From Dudresnaya verticillata (lineage: Eukaryota), in NCBI GenBank assembly GCA_977862235.1, contig OZ374564.1, positions 1,178,001 to 1,242,000 on the forward strand: 64,000 nt of DNA, in the 5' to 3' direction. The notes beneath the pieces are model-generated. The model was given only the letters and a program-made list of their open reading frames with translations, did not search any database and had not been told where the DNA came from. Position 1 is the first letter of the stretch; every line of letters starts with the position of its first letter. A program made the position numbers and the translations under genes. Below are positions 8,216 to 17,585 of this stretch, one piece after another.

Positions 8216-11200
8216 ATGATATCCGCAAGGGGCGTGATTGATTCTGGCGCCGGACCCAATCTGGTTCATGTTAAAATTTTACCTAATGGTTGGGAAAAGC
8301 GAGCCAAACCCTATAAGGAAACCACGCGTAGCATCGTTGACGCTTCTAATAATCGAATATTACCTCTAGGAGTCATCCCCTTGTATATCCGTGTCGGTAA
8401 TCTCTATACGAAGACCCATTTTCTGGTTGTTGCTAATATGCCTGCCGAAGTTATACTTGGTACAGCCTTCATCGATCGGCATGTCACAGCCATCATGCCG
8501 GGACCCCGAAGGTTACTCTTGAAGGATGCCCCAGCCGTACCTATCCTCGGTGTTTCCATGGGAGGAATTACTGCTCCCGATGCCACACAACCAACGGTTT
8601 CTACCAGAGTGAGAATAGCCAAAGACTGGGTCATACCTCCTAGGTCACGTTCATTCGTGCCGGTGAGAACCAGCGCATCTGGATTATGCCTGGTTCAAAA
8701 TATCCCGCGGTCACTACATAAGTCGTTAACCATTATGGAAAACGGGATCAGGGACGTTCTTCCGATGGAAGTTTTCCCTGTGCTAATGACCAATTTTGGT
8801 GATCGCCCTGCTCGCTTGAAAAAGACGCAAGTAGTAGGCCATGCGTTACCACGGCCGGATCAGGTTTTGAGCATTGGAACTTTACAAGAAGCTCCCCAGT
8901 CGGATACCCAGGGGGAGAAGCCAAAGGCGGAACCCAGTTGGGAAGACACTGTCCATATAGGTGTCGAAGACAGTGCTACTCGATCCCAAATCATGGAAAT
9001 GCTTCAAGAGTATCAAGAAATGTGGTCAGGCCAACTGGGCACCATTAAGGCCACTCAGCACAGGATTGAGTTGATGGACGGGGGAAAACCCATCTATCAA
9101 CACCCTTATAGAGCTGGCCCTAAAGCTCGGGAAGCCGAAAAGGCGAAAGTACAACGAATGTTACGCGAAGGCGTTATTGAACCCTCTGGGGCAGAATGGG
9201 CCAGTCCCGTAGTCCTGGTGGCCAAACCGGATGGGTCTCTACGTTTTTGCGTCGACTATCGCCGACTTAATAGTATTACTCGGAGAGATTCCTATCCGTT
9301 ACCTCGAATGGACGAATGTATCGACTCGCTGGGAGACGCTAAGATATTTACGACGCTCGACTGTAATAGTGGCTATTGGCAAGTTGAAGTCGATCCCGAC
9401 GATCGCGATAAGACGACGTTCACCTGCCACGAAGGGTTATACCGTTTTATCAGGATGCCATTTGGTCTCAAGAATGCGCCCGCCACATTCCAACGGGCAG
9501 TCGACATTATATTATCTCGATGCAAGTGGCAATACGCTTTGGTTTACCTCGACGGCGTTGTTGTGTACTCTCGGAGTATTAATGACCACTTCCACCATTT
9601 AGGTACTGTGCTTGATCTACTAAGAACCGCAGGGGTTTCTCTTAAGTTATCTAAGTGTAAGTTCTTCGAGGCGTCCGTCGATTACCTCGGCCATGTCATA
9701 CGCCCAGGAAAAAAGCTGGAAGTCGCCTCCAAGAACGTTACCGCACTACGCCAGGCGAAACCTCCCACGGATCAAACCGATTTAAGGTCATTTCTTGGAG
9801 TATGTAACGTCTATCGACGCTTCGTCCCTAATTATGCACGCATTGCGTCTCCGCTCTGCAGGAAACTGCGCAAGGATCAACCCTTCACTTTTGAGTCACT
9901 CGCAGAGGATGAATACGACGCCTTCGACGAACTCCGGCGTCGTCTTTTAACGGCACCCATATTGGCGTTACCTCGAAAGGGATTCCGTTATTACGTAGAT
10001 ACCGATACGTGCGACCTTCAGGTTGGCTGTTGTTTACTTCAAGAAACCGAACAAGGGGATAAGCTGCCTATTGGTTATTGGAGTCGCACTCTTAATTCCG
10101 CCGAGCGTAATTATTCGGCTACCGAACGGGAATGTCTCGCCGTTGTATGGAGTCTTTTAACACTCCGACCTTACCTTGAAGGTGACCGCTTTACGGTTAG
10201 AACCGACCACGAACCACTTCAGTGGTTGCTAAACCTCTCGGATGCATCGGGTCGCCTAGCCCGTTGGCGTTTACGACTCTCGGAGTTCGACTTCCTAGTC
10301 ACCTATAATCCTGGAAGGGAACATCATTTGGCAGACACCATGTCACGGCTTTCGACTCCAGGGAGTGACCAAACAAAACCCATTAGACGATGACATCCCC
10401 TGTTTTGCCCTCGCGGTTGAACATAGCACCCCGCGTCAGCTCAATTTACCCACCGTCCGTGACTTGGCAAACCAAAAGGGTTTACCCCGTCAGGTTAATA
10501 AGCAAGAACTCCTCGAGGCACAATCAAAGGATGAGTACTGCCAAAAGATGGCTAACCAAGTTGGTATCGCTGGCTCCCAATTCCAGTGGGACCATAATGG
10601 TTTTCTAATCCGCCAAGCGACACTCGATGGAGCACTTCAGATAGTAGTGCCAAAGTCCCTGCGTCCCCGCATCCTATATTTGGCCCACTATCCTCTCCTC
10701 TCTGGACACCCTGGTGGTTCAAGGATGTACTACACCCTCCGGCGACAGTTTTATTGGCCGTATATGGCTAATGACGCATATGCCGTTGTGGGTGACTGTA
10801 CTAAGTGTGTCCAAAATCGGGGTACCGTACGGAAACATCAGAACTACCTTAAGCTATTTCCCGCCGCTGGCCCACTGGAATTCCTTGCTATGGATCTCGC
10901 GGGACCTTTCCCCAAAACAGAGCACGGCAACCGTTTCGTCCTGGTTATTACCGATCGGTTTTCTAAGCTTACGCGCGCCATACCTTTACGGAATACCAAT
11001 GCCCGCACGGTCGCACAAGTTTTTCTGGACCACTGGGTCTACCCTTACGGTGTCCCGTTATATGTGCTTTCCGATAATGGTCCACAGTTCGTGTCCAAGT
11101 TCTTCGCCACGATCTGCCAAACCCTGGGGTTACGTCAGTTATTCACAACCGCTTACCACCCCCAGACCAACGGTCAGGTCGAACGATTCAATAAGACCCT

Positions 11201-12053
11201 TGTCCAACGGTTACGTCATTATGTCGCGGATCATCAGCGTGACTGGGACAGTTACGTGCATCCGCTTACCTATGCGTATAACCTTCAGGTTCACCGCTCT
11301 ACGGGTACTTCACCTTTTGATCTCGTCCTGTCCCGGCAACCTTCGGTTATACCTCTCCAAGGTTCCCCCACCACGGGTCTTACTAATCAGTTGGATTCTC
11401 AACTCACCGTTGCTTCTGTCAAGCGTTTAACCATTCGGAAACTTCAACAGGCCATTGCAACCGCTCGGGGCACCCTCACGGCTGCCCAACAACGGTATAA
11501 ATCGGCCTTTGATACCTCCATGGCACGGCCTTTTTCGGTTACCATCGGTGATTGGGTCTATCTGGACCGTCCTAAGTTCACGAAACGCCAAGTTGGTGAA
11601 CGACAGGCTTCCCTCGTCGACCCCGCCGAGGAGCAGAACCTTTCTAGGAAACTTTTGCCCAAAGCGACCGGACCCTTTTTGGTTACAGCCGTTAATCCCA
11701 ACCATACGGTTACGATTAAGCAATACGGGCTTTTTAATACCGTTTCGCAAGACCGTATTTCGGTTGACCCTCATCGTGGACCCCGAACTCCCCTAGCCGA
11801 CCCGGAGATAACGCAGGATGCGCCTTCGGCTCCTCCACCGCCTACTACCCAACCCCAGTCGGATTACTATACAGTTGACCACTTGGTTAAGCACCGTGTC
11901 ACCGACAGTGGTTACCAATACAAGGTTCGCTGGTATGGTTACGCCCCCAATGATGATACTTGGGAGCCCCCCGCGCACATCCCTCACAACTTTGTGTTAC
12001 GCTACTGGCGCCGGCTTGACCAGACGCCACCGCCCGGAGCTGGGGGGGTGTAG
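8216..12053 (+). pseudogene. pol: pol of unit 1, inactivated
   Basis: YLDD changed to YLDG (9555), and a 4-nt AAAA insertion at 10375-10378 frameshifts before integrase. Confidence 0.9.
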
Positions 12054-12298
12054 GTGTCATGGATTTTCGCGGACCCCAAAGTACACATCGCGAAACGTCA
12101 CTCAGAGAGTCAGCGCCACCCAATCAACAGGCTTCGCGACGGCGTTATCTCATGGAGTCAAATGAATCGGCACTAGGTCCTACCCCTCTTCACTTTTTCT
12201 ATTTATTCTACGCTACTTGCCTACAGTACACTGCACTCTTTTAGAAACCAAGACAAAGGACAGCCACACAGGGAGGTACAACACAAGACAGAAGATAT

Positions 12299-12304
12299 TT
12301 TATT
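12299..12304 (-). terminator. Poly(A) signal of the antisense transcript (all full units)
   Basis: Minus-strand AATAAA ~45 nt past the antisense stop, followed by a GT-rich tract. A second AATAAA lies at 12202-12207. Confidence 0.55.
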
Positions 12305-12348
12305 GGACACTCGTCAGGTCACCCTAGAGGCTCATCTAATTAGAGTAC

Positions 12349-13149
12349 CTACTGGTAACGGGAACGTTTCCCAACCGACTCCTCGAAGTCGCCCGAACGA
12401 GAAGACGCAAGGCGACGGGGTTGGAAAGGAGACGCCCTACGAGTCTCAGCAGGCGTGGTAGCTCCAGGAGTCGCTTCGGGCAGCGCCGCTCGGCTCCCTA
12501 CCTCCACGGGAGTAGCCATACTGGTAGTAACCCCGGTAGGAAGAGGCTGCGTCACCTGATAGGTAGAGGAGCCAGCTGGAGTCTCCTTAGGCGGCCCCCC
12601 CACAACCATCTTGGTAATATCCGACGGAGCAGCGGATTGCCGTTCAGCTCCCTGAACGGGCCCCGGCGACGCCAGAGCCAAAGGGTCACCCGGTTGATAG
12701 TTCACCACTTGGGTTAGCGAATCGGTCGCGCCACGAGCGGAAGTCTTCGGCTGAATATCGCTCTTGCGTAAGACCTCCCGGGTGAACTTGGTACAGGAGG
12801 TGACGAAACTCGTGGAGTTCTGCGGCATCGCCGCCGCCATGCTCGCAAGAGACGCCCGGACGTTGGCCACTTCGGTTCCCAAACGGTCCATCGTTGCCAT
12901 ATGGTTACCCAGTTGGTTCACTTCGAAGTTCCCCATCTGGGCCACCTCCCGGAGTAACCAAGTCAGGAGGGCCTCCTTCGACACCCACTCCCGAGCGGCA
13001 TCCAGAGCCTCCTCTACAGTTGCCGGTACCGGAACCTTTGCAGCGCGACACGCCTCTTGAAGTCGACCAAATTTAAGGTGACCAGAGGTAGAAAGGGTCG
13101 TTCCAGCTGGGACCGTCGCTGCACAAGAGGGACCACTCGGTGAAGCCAA
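12349..13149 (-). CDS. Antisense ORF, distal part (266 codons, TTG start in track), unknown function
   Basis: Long open frame in the same frame as 13162-14577, separated from it by one TGA. Translation appears identical in all copies. Confidence 0.55.
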   Translation of the reverse strand: MASPSGPSCAATVPAGTTLSTSGHLKFGRLQEACRAAKVPVPATVEEALDAAREWVSKEALLTWLLREVAQMGNFEVNQLGNHMATMDRLGTEVANVRASLASMAAAMPQNSTSFVTSCTKFTREVLRKSDIQPKTSARGATDSLTQVVNYQPGDPLALASPGPVQGAERQSAAPSDITKMVVGGPPKETPAGSSTYQVTQPLPTGVTTSMATPVEVGSRAALPEATPGATTPAETRRASPFQPRRLASSRSGDFEESVGKRSRYQ

Positions 13150-13161
13150 TGGGTTAACTTG

Positions 13162-14577
13162 TCAAGCCGCTGCTTCGCGAGTGACCATCGGGGGTATGCC
13201 AGTGGAGGGTGCCCGTGCGGGTGTCGCCGGACGCGCTTCACGCATTTGCGTTACTGTCCCCGGTGCCGCTCGTGGCTTTGGAGTCCCCGGACGCGCCCCC
13301 AGACCCAGGCGCGCAGTCCTCGCTGGAGTCACTGGCCCTGACGCTGCTCGCGCCCGGTCGGGGTAACCACTGTAGGTGGGTGCCTCATCGTCGTCGACCA
13401 CTTGGTTTCTCTCCGAGTTCGGCCCCATGTGACCCCAGCCACGACCCATATTCCCTGCCTCCCCAAAGGAGTAGAGAGGCGGACCAGGACGGTTGTCAAC
13501 GATATGTCGCCTACCAAATCGGCCAACCGCTTCGGCAACCTCAGGGTCATACGCAACCCAGACCTCGCCGGCGGCCCACTTGAAGGTCTCCGATGCGGTT
13601 AGTAGTCCCGCCAAGTCGTCACCCGCAAAGGTACTACCCCCACAAATGAGGTCAACCCCGAGGGTGCGAATGGCCTCGATGAGTGTCTTGGACAAGCGGA
13701 AGAGACGACCATCCGGTAGACCATCTTGGGTATGATAACCAGCTTCGGTATAGGGCGTCGCGTCCCACATGCCAAAGTAGGCTGCCTGAAGAAAGGCCAG
13801 TGCTACGTGGAGTACCTGCTCGGTTTTGGAGATTGACCACACCGGGTAATACCACTTCGCCGCAGATTCACGCGCATGGGCGCTGAAGTACACCAAAACT
13901 CCTGGAGTTAACGACGGCAAGGAGCGCGGACCTTCGATGGCGTGCCACCAGCTGGGTTTCTTCACATAGTAATCACGACGCCGACCCATGGGGATATTCC
14001 ACATTTCGACGTTGTGAAACCCCGCTAGGAGAGCATCGGTACGGTTGCGGATGCGCGTCTCCGTCCAGATGTCCACTGCCCACCGCTCGGTCAACCACCA
14101 CAGGTCGGGAAAAGGCTTCGACTCCAGGAGTGACTCAGGAAGTAACTTGATCTCGTTCACCCACTGGTTACCCTCAAGGAAGCGGTAGAGAGAGGGGACG
14201 TAGTCTTCTTCGAACCCGACACGCAGCCACTTGAGGTCACTACCATAATGGTTCGGAACGAGGACGCTTGGCGGACAGTGACGCAGACGCGCAACCCACT
14301 GGTTCTCGCGCTTACCCTCGGGGATCGCCCGGAAGCGGTAGGTGTCCGGATGGGTGTCCACGAGGTAACCTTGGAGTGGGAACTGCTCCAGCACCTCCTG
14401 GTTGGAAAACGCCGACAAACCGCCGTGGCCACCCATGGGGGAAGACTGGGCCATCGCGGCGTAGTAACCTCCGCGGCTTACGCAAGGCGTGACTGGAAAG
14501 ACCACGTCGGGGTTGGAGAAACGACGGCGACGGGGTGGTGAACGGCGTGGTGTTGGTTGTGGTTGACGTGGGACCAT
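13162..14577 (-). CDS. Antisense ORF, proximal part (471 aa from first ATG; frame open from 14685), unknown function
   Basis: AACATGG start context, Trp/Tyr-rich globular-looking core, basic RRSPPRRRR motif. Confidence 0.75.
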   Translation of the reverse strand: MVPRQPQPTPRRSPPRRRRFSNPDVVFPVTPCVSRGGYYAAMAQSSPMGGHGGLSAFSNQEVLEQFPLQGYLVDTHPDTYRFRAIPEGKRENQWVARLRHCPPSVLVPNHYGSDLKWLRVGFEEDYVPSLYRFLEGNQWVNEIKLLPESLLESKPFPDLWWLTERWAVDIWTETRIRNRTDALLAGFHNVEMWNIPMGRRRDYYVKKPSWWHAIEGPRSLPSLTPGVLVYFSAHARESAAKWYYPVWSISKTEQVLHVALAFLQAAYFGMWDATPYTEAGYHTQDGLPDGRLFRLSKTLIEAIRTLGVDLICGGSTFAGDDLAGLLTASETFKWAAGEVWVAYDPEVAEAVGRFGRRHIVDNRPGPPLYSFGEAGNMGRGWGHMGPNSERNQVVDDDEAPTYSGYPDRARAASGPVTPARTARLGLGARPGTPKPRAAPGTVTQMREARPATPARAPSTGIPPMVTREAAA

Positions 14578-14751
14578 GTTGGAAAACCCTTTGAGGTGAT
14601 GTTGCTGCGGAAGAGAAGTACTGCTGCACGCGGGATCGATTGTCGGCCGACGACGGTCATGGGCGTCGAACCGTCTGGATACCAAACGGTTATGATTTCG
14701 CGCGAAACGCGTGCAGGCTGCCCTGGCGTCCCGAGGACGGGCCGCAATCTC

Positions 14752-14759
14752 GGGGGGAG
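14752..14759 (+). other. Polypurine tract (before LTRs 2-7)
   Basis: GGGGGGAG ending 3 nt upstream of the LTR TG. Confidence 0.75.
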
Positions 14760-14762
14760 CTC

Positions 14763-15281
14763 TGTAATACAGTGAAGGGCTTACAGAAGTGGGCCCTCTG
14801 CCCGCGTGTATGCGCGAAAATAGCGTTACCTATAGGGCGCCAGCAGGGACAAGATGGGTAGCCTATGATTGGTCCAAGTGTCACCCTGCAGGTCAGTAGC
14901 TTAGTATCTGTCTATTTATTTTAGAAATTATAGCTTAGGATAGGGGGCGTGTATATAGCCCAGTATGAGGGGTGCTGCCTGACAGTCGGAGTACCATATA
15001 AGGGTATCTCCCGTAGCGGTCACTGAACAGTAAAGGTAAGCACCTTCCGGCCCCAACTACGTCTCCAAGCTATCGGCACCGCAGCACACTTGTCACCCGT
15101 GCCCGGTTAACCGCCCGCCCAGTGAACTACCTTCAGTATCGTGCTTCCAATCAGGTTACGTGCCCTCGTCTCCCCTCTGGGTTCCTCCCGCTCTACCACC
15201 GCTACCAGGTACCCGCTCTGTGGCTTTCTCATTGAGTGCACTCTTTGAGTTCACAAGAGACCCAAAAGGCACTTCCTTACA
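14763..15281 (+). repeat. LTR 2 (shared)
   Basis: Preceded by PPT and followed by PBS. Confidence 0.95.
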
Positions 15282-15396
15282 TCTGGTCTCCCGACCTAGA
15301 ACTTCAAGGTTGATGAGCCGTTAAGAGGACGACGAATATCGTAACCCAATTGGATACTGAAGAAAATCAACCCACCAAGGCCCCTGTTACTCCAAG

Positions 15397-17430
15397 ATGT
15401 CAACTCACTCTCAAAGTAGTTCCCGTCGTGGTCAGAAGGCGGAGCAGACCCCATTGGTCCCCCCAGTTGAGGACCCGGAGTCTTTTCTCCACCCTCCGAG
15501 AACTCCTGGAGTAGAACAAGAGGAACCGCCTGGTCAAGCATCCACCAATCCCGTAACAGGTAAACCCTTAGCCGGTCCTTCGAAAGAAGTCGCAAGGCAG
15601 CCCCCGCTACATTCCAACCGTAACCATTGGGTCAATACTGATCTGATGCCCCGTCTGATCAACTGGCTACATGATGCGTTGACCCTTCGGTTACCTCAAA
15701 CGGTTGAACCACTAGTGGGACACTTTCTAGAGGAACAAGGTCCAAGGACACTCTCAGAGTTTGCCGCCACGGCTACTGACAAGTTAGTCCAGTCATGGAC
15801 CACTCAGCCGGACAGTAGTCCAATCTATGGGATGCTTACCAAAATGGTTCCCCCGTTGGTCGCTCAGTCTCTCGAGGCCTATGGGCAAGCAGCGGACCCT
15901 TCAACTGGACCAAAGTCTAAACCCACAGGGGAAACCAAAGTGGAAAATAAGGAGGATGATGTCGTCCCTCCTAGCATCGTTCTACCAACCAAAACTGGTG
16001 ATATAAAAAAGGAACCCGAAGGGGGTTTGTCGGACTCCGAAGGTAGTAAGAGTAACCGACAAGGATCGAAGTCCAAGAATTCTAAAAAGAAGAAGAAGAA
16101 GGACAAACGAAAGAAAAATAAGAAGAAACATCACTCATCTGAGTCTGACTCATCGTCAGTTACCTCAGATGGTTCAAGTTCGGATGATTCATCCGATGAT
16201 GACCGACGGCGCCGTCGCCGGTCGTCTAAACCTACAAAGGTCAGGAGGATTAAACCCCTTAACGACCTATTTACCCGAGTGGTTAGCTTTCAAAGTTACC
16301 GATTAGACAACCGCTCAAGGCTTTACTCTTCGAGAATCTCTCGGAAAGTAAATACCTACTATAAGAGGATGGCTATTCAGATGCCACCCTCTCGGTTTTC
16401 GGGGGTAGACCCGATTAACACCTTGGGTTTCCTAGCAAGGTTCAAGCATGCCTGTAACCACAATGATATCCATGAAGGAGCTGCCGTTTGGTTACTACAA
16501 TATTTTATGGCAGGAACCGCAAGGGACAACCTTCAGGCGAGGCTCCAGACAAGAACCAGTATGGTCGTAGACTATGAAGATGAGGGAGATTTATTAACAA
16601 CGTACCCTGAAGTGGTTAATTACCTTTTGGAAACTTATGCTACCGATGAGGTTATTGCACTAGCCTATGCCGACGTGATTTCGTTGCGACAAGCAGAGGG
16701 CAAAACGGAACGGGACTTCGCAGAGTTAGTAAGAGCCAGAGCTCGCCGTTGCGGGTCGGTGTTCACTGAACACCGCCTCAAGGCGATCTTCGTTGATGGG
16801 CTCCTCCCTAGTATCCGTGCACCGGTTCGTAACCGATTGGCTTCCTCAAAGAGTTTGTCCTACACCCATATTACACAGTATGCACAAGATCTTGGGGAAG
16901 CTCACAGGAGTACACGTGGGACGACTAACCTAAAGGGTAAAAGGGGAGTAATTCCCGTCGCCGCGGTTAGCTTCGAGAAACCGCCGTCTCACTCCGTGAG
17001 TACGTCGACAGCTACCTCCGAGGGTTTACCGGGAATGGAAGACATTCATGAAGAGGAGATTTTCCAACTTGGTGAAGAATTATCTAACCAGTCTATGACA
17101 CCCCCGTCTTCGATAACCACAGTAGGATCCCGAGATGGTGCGCCGATACGGGCATGTTGGATCTGTGTTAACCCAGACCACATGGCACATGAATGTCCAT
17201 TGGTAACCCCCGCGGTTCGCGCTGGCATAATTGCTTCCAGAAGGCAAAACCTCTATGGTTTAGCTCGGGCCCGAGCCATGCAAGGTAATCGACAAGGTAA
17301 CCCCGAGGCCTCCCCCCCAACCGGCCATCCGGGCCCCACCCAGGCTAGACGCACGGGATCACCCTCAGTGGAGCCCTCAAAGGCAGCTCAAGGAGTTTCC
17401 ATTGCGGAAAACGTGGAGGAGGAGGCATAA
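15397..17430 (+). CDS. gag: Gag, unit 2
   Basis: As unit 1. Confidence 0.93.
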   Translation: MSTHSQSSSRRGQKAEQTPLVPPVEDPESFLHPPRTPGVEQEEPPGQASTNPVTGKPLAGPSKEVARQPPLHSNRNHWVNTDLMPRLINWLHDALTLRLPQTVEPLVGHFLEEQGPRTLSEFAATATDKLVQSWTTQPDSSPIYGMLTKMVPPLVAQSLEAYGQAADPSTGPKSKPTGETKVENKEDDVVPPSIVLPTKTGDIKKEPEGGLSDSEGSKSNRQGSKSKNSKKKKKKDKRKKNKKKHHSSESDSSSVTSDGSSSDDSSDDDRRRRRRSSKPTKVRRIKPLNDLFTRVVSFQSYRLDNRSRLYSSRISRKVNTYYKRMAIQMPPSRFSGVDPINTLGFLARFKHACNHNDIHEGAAVWLLQYFMAGTARDNLQARLQTRTSMVVDYEDEGDLLTTYPEVVNYLLETYATDEVIALAYADVISLRQAEGKTERDFAELVRARARRCGSVFTEHRLKAIFVDGLLPSIRAPVRNRLASSKSLSYTHITQYAQDLGEAHRSTRGTTNLKGKRGVIPVAAVSFEKPPSHSVSTSTATSEGLPGMEDIHEEEIFQLGEELSNQSMTPPSSITTVGSRDGAPIRACWICVNPDHMAHECPLVTPAVRAGIIASRRQNLYGLARARAMQGNRQGNPEASPPTGHPGPTQARRTGSPSVEPSKAAQGVSIAENVEEEA

Positions 17431-17585
17431 CGACGCATGCCCCCTCCTCAAATATGCGCCTTCCAGAACCCGTATTACGACCCGATGTCGTGGATAACCT
17501 GGAGGGTGATGACTATGATGAAGTATGTTTACTTAAGAAGCAAAACTACAAAGTGGATCTATCGTTAGGGGTCTGGTCATCTTAG

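Larger units (their letters stand above)
5393..15281 (+). mobile_element. Gypsy chromovirus unit 1 (pol defective)
   Basis: LTR-PBS-gag-pol-antisense ORFs-PPT-LTR. Confidence 0.97.

Noticed and set aside
10714..11796. 238-aa and other short ORFs overlapping pol, gag and the antisense frame
   Set aside because: Alternative-frame shadows with no motifs. They recur only because the DNA is duplicated, and one is truncated in unit 6 (59251-59499).
12349..14685. env gene interpretation of the extra ORFs
   Set aside because: Antisense orientation, with no evident signal peptide or C-terminal transmembrane anchor.
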